From NCBI RefSeq assembly GCF_001194135.2, contig NC_068989.1, positions 88,220,236-88,284,235 on the forward strand: a stretch of DNA of 64,000 nt, given 5' to 3'. Shown here piece by piece: positions 26,126-37,735 of the stretch. Source of the stretch: Octopus bimaculoides. Taxonomy: Eukaryota. The translations under genes were made by a program, and so were the position numbers. Under the pieces are notes generated by a model. That model was not told the origin of the DNA, ran no database searches, and was given only the letters and a program-made list of their open reading frames with translations. Position 1 is the first letter of the stretch; the number at the start of each line of letters is the position of its first letter.

Positions 26126-28567
26126 GTAGTAGTGGTGGTGATGGTGATTGTGGTGATGGTGGTTGCAGTAGTGGTGGTGGTGGAGGCGGCGGTAGTGGTG
26201 AAATTGAAAGAGAGTAAAAGTTGCCTTGACAACACAGCTGACAAGGTGACATATATGGGGGTGGGAGAGAAAAAGAGTGGGGCAGCGAATACCAGTATAT
26301 CACCCTCCTGCCACCACTACCACTACCACCACCGCTACCACCATCACTACCGAAATAAATAACAAAAACCAACAAAAATGAAATAAAAACTGACCAATTC
26401 TGTTGTTCAATTAGTTGCATCAGAAATGAAACAATTGACCAAAGTAACGACAACAACAGCATCAACAAGAAGCAAAGAGAAAACTAAATGAAAATTGAGC
26501 CGTGTAATAAATGTTATCAACCATGTAGGAGAGAGAGAGAGAGAGGGAGAGAGAAAGAGAGAATGAAAGCAAGGAGGGGGAGTGGGGTGAGAAGATGAAG
26601 AAAGGTGCAGAAGTAGCAAAAGAAGAGAAGAACCAATAAGATGGAGAAGCAGAAGAAGCAGGAAGAAAATGAAGATGTAGTTTGAGTGTGTGTGTGTGCA
26701 TTTGAAAGAGAAACAGAGAGAGAGAGAGAGAGAGAGAGAAAGAGTGTTTGTGCGTGAGAGTATGTGTGTGTGTGTGAGTGAGTGTGTGTGTGTGTGTGCA
26801 TTTGAAAGAGAAACAGAATGTGTGTATAAGTGTGTGTATAAGTGTGTGTATGTGTGTATGCATTTGAAAAAGCAACAGTAAGAGTGTGTGTGTGAGCACA
26901 TGTGTGTGTATGTGTGTATCTATATGAGGTAGAGATTTAGTGTAATGAAATGATTCTTGAGAGTCAAGTAGAAATAGAGAGAGAGAGAGAGAGAGAGACA
27001 CGCACACACACACTGGGGTTTTCTACCACCTCACCAAGGTATTGTTTCACAATATTTCAATATCTTTTAATAAAAAGGCAGAAAAAACAAAAGTGCAAAA
27101 TGTATGCGAGTTGGCTTTGTGGCCAAAGATCTCAGGTTCAATCTTGCTATGCACCACCTTAAGCAAGTCTGTCTTCCACCATAACCTTGTGAGTGAAATT
27201 GGTTAAACGACCCGTCTGACAGATTGTAAGTGTAATAACTGAAAGGGCCAATGTTTGACCTATGCAGGGTCATACTGTTCAATTTCAAGATTAATTTACA
27301 TTAAACTCTGTGGAATACAACAAGAGTTTCATGCAGAACTTAACTGACGAAATTACCCAGTCCTATGTGTCAAACTCACAGACATCTTTTGCATTCTATG
27401 TAGAACATAACCAATTCTGTTTTTTTTTTTTTTACTCTTGGTGCAAGGCCTGAAATTTTTGGAGAGGGAGCCAGTCAATTAGATTGACCCCAGTACACAA
27501 CTGGTACTTAATTTATCGACCCCGAAAGGATGAAAGGCAAAGTCAACCTTGGTGGAATTTCAACTTAGAATGTAAAGACAGACGAAATACTGCTAAGCAT
27601 TTCGCCTGGCATGGTAACGATTCTGCTAAAGAATATAACCAATTCTGCACAAACAATGTGTGTGTTGTGTCTACACACACACACATATATATATATACAC
27701 AGATTAATGCTCGTAGAGAGATTGATAGATTGACAGATTGATATTTGCAGAGAGTGAAGAGGTGAGGACTTTTACAGGCTCTCCCAGGTCAGTCAGATCG
27801 ATGTGGTTGACATTCAATTCAACAACTGCAGGAAAAATATGGATAAGAAGGGAATTTCAGGGGAGGGTTGATATTCGGGGGNNNNNNNNNNGAGAAAGAG
27901 AGACAAATGTGTTGGATCGAGGGGTGTATGATACCAACCAGTTAAGGGCAGTTGGAGTAGCAGGAGATACAGGATATATCAACATCATCATTAAGTGCTG
28001 GCATGGGTTGCAAGGTTCATCAAGACCCAGGGGGACTGCATCATAGTGTGCCTCTGCTTTGGCAGGGTTTCTAGAGCAGGATGCCCTTCCCAAAGCCAAC
28101 CTCTTCAGAATGTGTACTGGGTCCACTTTGTTTTTGGAGTGACAGCAGCACCAGTGAGGTCACCATGCACCTCACAAGATTGTGAAACCTGATGAAGTGA
28201 TTTGGGGGGGGGGTTTATGTTAATTTAAGGAATGAGAAAAGGGGTGGGACAGAGCAGATTCTTGTAGTAGGTGATGGCCATGCTTGGAAGACCTTTGAAT
28301 GCTTGACCTGTGGATGAACAGCAAAAATCTCTAAACCACAAAGCTCACATTTATCAATAAATACAATTTTAAGTGTAAAAAGACCACTCTGTGCAAATTA
28401 TAAAATTACTTCCAAGACTTATTACAGCTAATTAGATTTAATTGACTTCTGTTAATTGGCTTAGACAAGACGTTGTTTCAGTTGATAGCTTTCCGTTAAC
28501 ATTTTTCTCTTTCCATTTCAGGGTTGGCAATCAACTACATGCGGAAGAATTTCCTCATGTACATGAC

Positions 28568-28652
28568 AGAGAAGAAGGAGAAGGAGAAGGAGAAGAAGAA
28601 GGAGAAGGAGAAGAAGAAGAAGAAGAAGAAGAAGAAGAAGAAGAAGAAGAAG
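28568..28652. repeat. (GAA)n/(GGAGAA)n microsatellite
   Basis: Direct reading. Confidence 0.97.
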
Positions 28653-28889
28653 GTCATAAAGATGATATATAAGGTTACCACTGCAATCATCATCAACCCT
28701 TGGACATTACAGTCTCAGGTCCTAGGACTTTTTGGGCCTGTTACTCAGTTTCTATGGGGACTGAGGTCACAACACTTCCCATGGATGGGATGCCAGTCCT
28801 TTGCAAGGTTATTCATTTACAGTTGAGTCAACTGGAGCAACACGAAATGCACATCCTGGTCCAGGGACTGAAACTACTTATTATATTGG

Positions 28890-29160
28890 TCTCTTTTGCG
28901 AACCGCTAAGTTACGGGGACGTAAACACACCAGCACTGGTTGTCAAGCGATGTTGGGGGGACAAACACAAACACATACACATATATATATACATACATAT
29001 ATACGACAGGCTTCTTTCAGTTTCCGTCTACCAAATCCACAAGGCTTTGGTCGGCCTGAGGCTATAGTAGAAGACACTTGCTCAAGGTGCCACGCAGCGG
29101 GACTGAACCCAGAACTATGTGGTTGGTAAGCAAGCTACTTACCACACAGCCACTCCTGCA
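28890..29160 (-). mobile_element. SINE family A, 3'-truncated
   Basis: ctcttttgcgaaccgctaagttacgggg..accacacagccactcctgca. Confidence 0.85.
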
Positions 29161-30035
29161 CCTATATATATATATATTTATATAATATATATCTGTTGGC
29201 CTCTACAGTCAATAAAGGACCTGGAATAATGACCGATTTGGTCAGGGGTTTATTACTTGCAACTGTAGCTAGAAGTTGGTGTCCCTGAGCAGAACACTTA
29301 AATCTTTTTGCCTTCGTAAACCTGTCAAAAGAACCCAAGTTCTTGTAACCTGAGCAAACATCCTAAATGTCCTTTATCCCCATCCCCATGTTGTTTTGGA
29401 TTTCATCCTGGAAANNNNNNNNNNCACAACCACCACCAGCACCACCACTATCATCATCATCATTATTATCATCAAATCTGTCCAATAAACAGGTCTTCCT
29501 ACTTTACAGTTCATTGGCTACTGGTAAGGAATGGCATCCAGCTAGAGAATTACTTGAGCAAGATGCAAAAGAAACAAAAACAAACAAAAAATCTCCCCTA
29601 AAAATATACAAACAACGAATCAATAAAATATTCCACTGATGCAAACAAGGAATATTAGAAATAAAGCAATTACAAAAGTAATCTTCTTCTCAGGATTTCT
29701 TCCTTCGTGCAACCCAGTGTATCACCTTCCTTTAGGCCAGATACTATTATTCCAAGAAACAGATTCATATATATATATATATATATAGGGTGTCTATAAA
29801 TTATCTTCACAGCTTCTACAACATTTTGAATTAAATTGTAAAGAGAATTTATGGACACACAGTGTATGCACATATGTGTGTGTGTACCTACATGCACACC
29901 TACATACACATACCGACTCTCACTCGCACACACACTTGCACACATTATTAAGTGACAAAAGGAACAAAGTAACACTATCATGGGAAATGGAATTTCTGGC
30001 GTTCTGGACAGGTAAACACACATAATACACACATC

Positions 30036-30490
30036 CAGGGTGTCCCCTAACAGCTGATATTTCACTTAATTTTCATTTCTTTTTAAGTTTAACCCATTAC
30101 AAATAATGATGGAAGCCAGGTTAAGCTTCGAACAAAGGAAATCTGTCCCAAAGTGCTGCTGGAAAGTTGGAAAAGCAGTCAAACTGCAAAGATCGTTTGG
30201 GAGTGAGTTTGAGGTTCAAACAGATCCACTGTAATAGCTTACAATCACTCAAGTTTGAAGCAGGTAGAACTGTTCAGAATGTCCACAAGAAATGCCCAGG
30301 AAGACCTCAGACCTTGATGAACCCCGCAAAGGAAGAAAGGGGGCTGGAAACATATTGCCAAAGTTCAAGAAAATATGAACAGCAAATGAGCTGTGAGATA
30401 GAAATTCCAAGACCAAACGTCCATTGCATTTTGAAGCAATGCCATTGGAAAAGTTACATTCCAGGAATAGTTCATGCTCTCAATGTGAAG
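30036..30490 (+). mobile_element. Tc1/mariner transposase remnant (N-terminal HTH DNA-binding region), frameshifted and cut by SINEs
   Basis: From ATG 30106: MMEARLSFEQRKSVPKCCWK..QRSFGSEF, then after a frameshift KFEAGRTVQNVHKKCPGRPQT..SRK..SCEIEIPRPNVHCILKQCHWKSYIPGIVHALN, typical of the Tc1/mariner paired-type HTH (DUF4817-like). TIR-like cagggtgtc at 30036 and tagggtgtc near 29785. Confidence 0.8.
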
Positions 30491-30639
30491 GCACCTGGCT
30501 TCGCGGTGGGGGTATTCAACTCATAATCGTAAGGTTGTGAGTTCAATTCCTGGGGGTGCATTTCCTTCTGCTATAGCCTCAAGCCAACCAAAACATTGTG
30601 AGTGGATTTGGTAGACAGAAACTGAAAGAAGCCCGTTGA

Positions 30640-30671
<32 letters not shown>

Positions 30672-31081
30672 TTGTGTGTTTACGTCCCCCGTAACTTAGT
30701 TCAGTAAAAGTGATTGATAAATAAGTACTAGGCTAACAAAGAATAAGTCCTGGGGTCGATTTATTTGACTAAAGGCAGTGCTCCAGCATGGCTGCAGTCA
30801 AATGACTGAAACAAATAAAAGAAAAAAACCAAACATGCACAATTTTATTTTTACCATAAGTGACGACTTACGTTACTTTTTCAACAATAATGTTAACTTT
30901 CCCAATAATCTGACCACAAGTGCATACACTATAAGCATCTGAATAAACAAGGCCAACTTTTGGTATTTTCTGCTTGTTTTGAGCATCTGATTTAAAAAAT
31001 TTTCAACAGGGTGTTAACTGTTGAAGCAAAATTTCTCAAAGTTCTGGGGAAATAAATTGAAAACTGCAAAGAAATTCTTAC

Positions 31082-31166
31082 CTGCTTCACAATTATTATC
31101 TACATTATTTTTTCGTTTGCGCTTCCGTTCTGTAGGCGTTTTCGTTTTGTCAGGCGTCTGTGGCAT
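31082..31166 (-). CDS. TLK: Tousled-like serine/threonine kinase, coding exon (85 nt; MPQTPDKTKTPTERKRKRKNNVDNNCEA+G), contains basic NLS-like RKRKRK
   Basis: Flanked by a strong acceptor (ttttcctgtctag) and donor (CAG|gtaaga); open in phase 0 to phase 1. The peptide resembles the TLK N-terminal motif as recalled (human TLK2 ETPEKK..RNRKRK; insect TPEK..RTPSERKRKRK). Its final G joins the GT of the next exon to give Gly. Confidence 0.9.
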
Positions 31167-31344
31167 CTAGACAGGAAAAAAAGAAAAAGAAAAAAATCCA
31201 ATTGTTTTTTTGAAGAATCAAAGATAAAATTAACTGAAAATGGCACAAAAATTTCTGAAAGGGAAACAAACTGTGAATAATAGAAAGATTTAAGCAACCG
31301 ATGTGAAACTGACAAAGTGTTGTATGTTAGAAAAAAACAACGAA

Positions 31345-31570
31345 TTAGGCCGTCGCCAGTACCGCCAGACTGGCCCTCGTGCCGGTGGCACGTAAAAGCA
31401 CCCACTACACTCTCGGAGTGGTTGGCGTTAGGAAGGGCATCCAGCTGTAGAAACTCTGCCAAATCAGATTGGAGCCTGGTGTTGCCTCCTGTTCTACCAG
31501 TCCTCAGTCAAATCATCCAACCCATGCTAGCATGGAAAGCAGACATTAAACGACGATGATGATGATGTAG
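31345..31570 (+). mobile_element. SINE family C, young, about 180 nt upstream of the TLK exon acceptor
   Basis: ggccgtcgccagtaccgcc..aaaagcacccactacactctcggagtggttggcgttaggaagggcatccagctgtag..ttaaacgacgatgatgatgatg. Confidence 0.9.
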
Positions 31571-31979
31571 ACTAGGGGTTCCTTACATGGGTAGACTTAT
31601 GACCAAAAGCATTCCAGTCACAACTGCCGTTTTCTTTTTAGCCATACAGGATTACATTGTGCAATGTAAACTACTGTGTCTATGACGAAAGAGTTCGATT
31701 TGAGGGTAATCTAGGCTGCTATTTCTAGCAGCATGTGAAACCAAGCCTAGTATCTTGTGTAAAGCTGTTCCATTCATTGGTTTATAAACTGCATCTTTGA
31801 TTTCACTCTGACCATGTTCCAAAGAACAATGGTAACTGACTGACAAATGCCTCAACCAACTCAACAAACAGAAGACATACAAAGGGGGCCAAAACGAATG
31901 AATTCAACAGAGATTTGGCTTCATACTGCAAACATGGTTTTCCAACAATTCATCAATCAAAACTTCCACGTTCAAACCT

Positions 31980-32500
31980 TGTGATAGCAAAATAATAACC
32001 GCAATAGGAGTGCAACCACAATAGACAAGATAAGCCTTTTGCTTTCAAAGATCGTGCGACATGTCAAGAAGCTTGGTGATGCCCTCACGGTGGACTGCAA
32101 CCAAACAACACCATCAGGAAGCCATTGGTTACAGACCGACACGCGCATTGGTAATATGAACTCACTCACTGCTCCACCTCCTCTTAATTCATTAAACCCT
32201 TCCTTCAACTTCACTCTCACGTCACCTTTTCCCTTCACTCTAGACTGTGCCTGATTCTATCCTTATTCCATTCCTCTTTACTTCAACCTCCTTCATTCTG
32301 CTTCTCACTTCCTACTCATATATGAAGCTTTGGTGGACCTGTGTTCTTTATCATTTGCAGTCACTTTTTTTTCTAATCTAGAGGATAAAACACTCTGCTG
32401 TCTCTCACTAATTTCTCTCCTTTCACCATTTCTCAGAAGAAGGACTCTGTCTGAAACGTAGGGTTCTCCACTCCTCACTGCTCATCCACTGAGCTCTTTT
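31980..32500 (+). mobile_element. Possible degenerate Penelope-like retroelement remnant
   Basis: Coding-like stretch with stops (PFAFKDRATC; HWLQT..GNMN, loosely like GIY-YIG endonuclease segments), followed by a pyrimidine-rich tail and a decayed hammerhead-like motif ctcagaagaaggactctgtctgaaacgta near 32430-32462. Confidence 0.3.
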
Positions 32501-32888
32501 TATAGATCAACTACATACTGTTAGTCTTGTAGCCACAGACCAGCACCAGACTCTTTGATTATATATATATATATATATATATATATNNNNNNNNNNNNNN
32601 NNNNNNNNNNNNNNNNNNNNNNNNNNNNNNNNNNNNNNNNNNNNNNNNNNNNNNNNNNNNNNNNNNNNNNNNNNNNNNNNNNNNNNNNNNNNNNNNNNNN
32701 NNNNNNNNNNNNNNNNNNNNNNNNNNNNNNNNNNNNNNNNNNNNNNNNNNNNNNNNNNNNNNNNNNNNNNNNNNNNNNNNNNNNNNNNNNNNNNNNNNNN
32801 NNNNNNNNNNNNNGCATGTTATAACTGCATACTTTATAAATGATAGTTATCATACTCGGCCATAATGTCTTACGTTTAAGATGGTTCC

Positions 32889-32987
32889 CATACATTCCCT
32901 GAGGAGAAGTTTACATTTTTAACATCGACGATTCCTATGGATCGCATAAATTGTAATTCTTCGAAACATATGTCGGAATAAAGTATG
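32889..32987 (+). ncRNA. Type I hammerhead ribozyme motif (Penelope-like-element type)
   Basis: CATAC-ATTCC / CTGAGGA / GAAG..CTTC (stem II, G10.1-C11.1) / GAAA / C-ATAT-G / TC / GGAAT-aaa-GTATG. All core nucleotides are present, with a GUC cleavage triplet ending at 32974. Confidence 0.72.
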
Positions 32988-33019
32988 CAGCTATAACATG
33001 CGTTTACTCCATTCCTTAA

Positions 33020-33058
<39 letters not shown>

Positions 33059-33278
33059 TGCGCTCACACACCCACATATAACACGCTCACACATAACAAA
33101 GTTCTTTCAGATTCCGTCTACTAAATCCACTCAAAGGGATTTTAGTTAGCATAGGGCTACAGTAGAGGAAATTCGCCCAAGGTGCTGCTTAGCAGGAATG
33201 AACTAGAAACCATATGATTAGGAGGTAAACTTTTGAACCGCACAAACATCCCTGTACCTACACACATACATGCATACA

Positions 33279-33662
33279 CCGTGGCACTCCGTCGCTTACG
33301 ACATTGAGGGTTCCAGTTGATCCGATTAATGGAACAGCCTGCTAATGAAATTAACGTGCAAGTGGCTGAGCACTCCTCAAACATGTGTACCCTTAATGTA
33401 GTTCTCGGGGAGATGCAGCGTGACACAGAGTGTGACAAGGTCGGCCCTTTTGAATTACAGGCACAACAGAAACAGGAATAAAAAGTGAGAGAAAGTTGTG
33501 GTGGAAGAGTACAGCAGGGTTCGCCACCATCCCCTGCCAGAGCCTTGTGGAGCTTTAAATGTTTTCACCCAATAAACACTCACAATGCCCAGTCTGGGAA
33601 TCAAAACCACGATTCTACAACTGCAATTCTGCTGCCCTAATCACTGGGCCATTGCGCCTCCA
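33279..33662 (-). mobile_element. SINE family D, same subfamily as 1297-1627
   Basis: Shares the internal segment ggcacaacagaaacagga..gagagaaagttgtggtg..gggttcgccaccatcccctgcc. Confidence 0.87.
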
Positions 33663-36309
33663 CCATGCATGCATACAAATAAATATATATATATACACCA
33701 GACACCCACCCACACACACACAGATATATGTTGATGAGGAATGGTAGAATCATTGTGTTGAATGCCTAACAGAAATACCAGGGTAGACATTGTCTGAGAC
33801 TTGTCTTGATGAGAGTGCTACAGCATGGCCATGTTCCAATAACTGATGCCACCAATAGAATATACAAAGCCCTGTGGCTGTTTCATCAGAGACATCAGAA
33901 GAAAGCTCAATATTTTAAAGCAGAAGACCAACAACAACAACATCAAGCAGAAGACATAGCGATAGAGAGAAGCAGAGAGCTTCAAGAAGAACAAATAAAT
34001 AAATAAATGATTCCAGGCTGACTGCTGAAGAGTCTGAGAGTCAGTTTTACAGAGTGAGGCTATGAGGCAAGCTTCAAATGATGTGTACATCAATCAGATG
34101 GATATCACACATCTTATTATTATCTACACCAGCAGCAGATGAGATGAGGACGTGGAGATATTAACAGATTATGTATGTATGTGTGTGTGTGTATAAGCAT
34201 ATATGACCGTGTGTGTGTGGGGGGTGTATATGCATCTGTATTGATACATGTGTGTATATACAAGGTAGTGTGTGTGTAACTAAAAGCAATATAATAATGT
34301 AATAATTTTGAGGTCAGGAGGAAGGTGTGTGCAGCAGATGATAAAGNNNNNNNNNNNNNNNNNNNNNNNNNNNNNNNNNNNNNNNNNNNNNNNNNNNNNN
34401 NNNNNNNNNNNNNNNNNNNNNNNNNNNNNNNNNNNNNNNNNNNNNNNNNNNNNNNNNNNNNNNNNNNNNNNNNNNNNNNNNNNNNNNNNNNNNNNNNNNN
34501 NNNNNNNNNNNNNNNNNNNNNNNNNNNNNNNNNNNNNNNNNNNNNNNNNNNNNNNNNNNNNNNNNNNNNNNNNNNNNNNNNNNNNNNNNNNNNNNNNNNN
34601 NNNNNNNNNNNNNNNNNNNNNNNNNNNNNNNNNNNNNNNNNNNNNNNNNNNNNNNNNNNNNNNNNNNNNNNNNNNNNNNNNNNNNNNNNNNNNNNNNNNN
34701 AGATAGATAAAAAAAAAAAATTAATAAATAAAAAGAAAAGAGAATGTTATTGTAATTGCCCCAGTGTTTTGTTGTTTTGTCATTGTTGAACAAAAACAAA
34801 CAACCAAACAAACAAAAAGACTAGAGACTCAGGTATTGCACAAGAGATAAATGATAACGATCTGGTCTGGGAGATATTTTTGAAACTTTGCTAACCATTA
34901 AATACAATTTAATATGCATACAAATGTAATGGATGATACTGTACAGGATTCGGTGAACTCAAAGGGCAGGAGGAGGGGAGGGGGGGAGAACATATTACAT
35001 AATATATATATATATATACATACATACACACACACACATGCGTAGACACACAGATAAATAGACAGATGGATGTATGTACACATACTCCGTCACTCTCTCT
35101 CTATATATATATACACACACACACACACATAGACAGATATACATACACACTTATACACACACATACATATACACACACACATACAAATACACTTATAGAT
35201 ATACACATACATATCCATACACACACCTATACACACACATATACNNNNNNNNNNNNNNNNNNNNNNNNNNNNNNNNNNNNNNNNNNNNNNNNNNNNNNNN
35301 NNNNNNNNNNNNNNNNNNNNNNNNNNNNNNNNNNNNNNNNNNNNNNNNNNNNNNNNNNNNNNNNNNNNNNNNNNNNNNNNNNNNNNNNNNNNNNNNNNNN
35401 NNNNNNNNNNNNNNNNNNNNNNNNNNNNNNNNNNNNNNNNNNNNNNNNNNNNNNNNNNNNNNNNNNNNNNNNNNNNNNNNNNNNNNNNNNNNNNNNNNNN
35501 NNNNNNNNNNNNNNNNNNNNNNNNNNNNNNNNNNNNNNNNNNNNNNNNNNNNNNNNNNNNNNNNNNNNNNNNNNNNNNNNNNNNNNNNNNNNNNNNNNNN
35601 NNNNNNNNNNNNNNNNNNNNNNCATTACAATTTCCATATGAAAGAAAAGTGAAAGAATTCACAAGCCACCTAAGCATTTGTACAAGAGAGCTAAGAAGAG
35701 ACGGCAAGAGAGGTGGTGGGTGGGAGTGGGGTGGCAGCGGGGAGGAGGAGGAGAAGGAGGAGGTGGAAAATTTGATGTTTGCAGTGATGGTGTAATGAAA
35801 ACTATGGAAATTTACCGGGAACCAATAAATCCAAATCAATAAGACGCATTATCACTTTACAGGTTACCAACAGCAAAAACATGGAGTGCATGTTGGGAAA
35901 TAGCATCCATCAATTTCATAGACTATTTAACCAATGGAGTGAACCTTCGTCAGATGTTCATTCTGTCTTTGAGAATAACTCATCAAGATGTGCAGGAAAG
36001 AGAATGGAAAAAACAGCCACTGATAGCTAATCTCTTAACCATATTCTATTAAGTCACAAATTCATCATTATTATTATTATCATTATTACTAATATTGTTG
36101 TTGTCACCATCATCATCATCATCATCATCATCCGCCTTGTCAAGAGTTGTTCTTGGTTGGCAATACCAAGATGATGGCTTAGGAAGTTAGTTGAAATAAA
36201 AAATATATAAAAAAAAAAGCTTGACAATTGCACACATGTTTAACGAATTATTTATTCTGCCATGTATGAAGAGGAAGTAAAATGTGGAGTAAATACATAA
36301 ATACATAAT

Positions 36310-36319
36310 TAATAATAAC

Positions 36320-36351
<32 letters not shown>

Positions 36352-36405
36352 CAATAATGATAATAATAATAATGATAATAATAAAAAACAATAATAATGA
36401 TAACG

Positions 36406-36440
<35 letters not shown>
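36310..36440. repeat. (AAT)n microsatellite
   Basis: Direct reading. Confidence 0.97.
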
Positions 36441-36769
36441 CACTTCAACTATAGGCACAAGGCTTGAAATTTGGGGGGAAGGAGCTAGTCAGTAACACAT
36501 CAACCCCAGTTCTCAACTGGTACTTAATTTATTGACCCCAAAACAATGAAAAGTAAAGTCAACCACGGTGGAATTCAAACTCAGATCAAGAAGCGACAGG
36601 AAATGCTCAAAACTCTGCCAGTTTGCCACCTTAACGATGATGATGATGATTGTTTTGAAATTTAATAGAACAAGGTCAACAATTTCAAGAGAAAGAGGTC
36701 AGTTGATTACACTGATCCCCAGCACTTGACTGGTATGCACAACACACATCGTATGTAGGGCACATCCAT

Positions 36770-37250
36770 CATCATCATCATCGTTTAACGTCTGCTTTCC
36801 ATGCTAGCATGGGTTGGACGATTTGACTGGGGACTGGTGAACCAGATGGCTACACCAGACTCCAATCTGATTTGGCAGAGTTTCTACAGCTGGATGCCCT
36901 TCCTAACGCCAACCACTCTGAGAGTGTAGTGGATGCTTTTACGTGCCACCGGCATGAGGGCCAGTCAGGCGAAACTGGCAACGGCCATGCTCNNNNNNNN
37001 NNNNNNNNNNNNNNNNNNNNNNNNNNNNNNNNNNNNNNNNNNNNNNNNNNNNNNNNNNNNNNNNNNNNNNNNNNNNNNNNNNNNNNNNNNNNNNNNNNNN
37101 NNNNNNNNNNNNNNNNNNNNNNNNNNNNNNNNNNNNNNNNNNNNNNNNNNNNNNNNNNNNNNNNNNNNNNNNNNNNNNTTTTTTCACGTGCCACCGGTAC
37201 AAGTGCCAGTAAGGCGACGTTGGTAACGATCACGCTCAAATGGTGCTATT
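36770..37250 (-). mobile_element. SINE family C spanning a gap
   Basis: Family C consensus on both sides of the gap 36993-37178. Confidence 0.85.
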
Positions 37251-37254
37251 TACG

Positions 37255-37295
<41 letters not shown>

Positions 37296-37304
37296 CTTTC
37301 TACT

Positions 37305-37735
37305 GGAAGCACAAGGCCTCAAATTTGGGGGAAGTGATTAAGTTGATTACATCAACCTCAGTGCATAACTGGTATTTAATTTATTGACCCCGAAAGGATG
37401 AAAGGTAAAGCTAACCTCAGCGGAATTTCAACTTAGAATGTAGCAATGAGTGAAATATCGCTAAGCATTCCGTCCAGTGTGCTAACAATTCTGCCAGCTC
37501 GCTGTCTTAAATAATAATCCTTTCTACTAAAGGCAAAAGGCCTGAAATTTGGGGGAGGGGACTAGTCGATTACATCGACCCCAGTGTTTCACTGGTACTT
37601 AATTAATCGACCCCAAAAGGATGAAAGCAAAGTCAACCCTCAGTGGAATTTGAACTCATAACTTAGCAACGGGTGAAATCCCACTAAGCATTTTGCCCAG
37701 CATGTTAACAACTTTGCCAGCTCGGTGCCTTAATA
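37305..37735 (-). mobile_element. Two tandem SINE B copies (about 37305-37510 and 37520-37735)
   Basis: Two consecutive reverse-oriented family B bodies, each ending gccagctc..cttaa. Confidence 0.85.

Larger units (their letters stand above)
18841..31081 (-). other. TLK: 12.2-kb GT-AG intron of TLK between the two identified exons
   Basis: GT at 31081-31080 and AG at 18842-18841; the phases match, so no intervening exon is required. Confidence 0.8.

Noticed and set aside
33806-34006. 66-aa Gln/Glu-rich ORF
   Set aside because: It starts in a SINE A tail fragment and continues in low-complexity sequence; no homology recognised.
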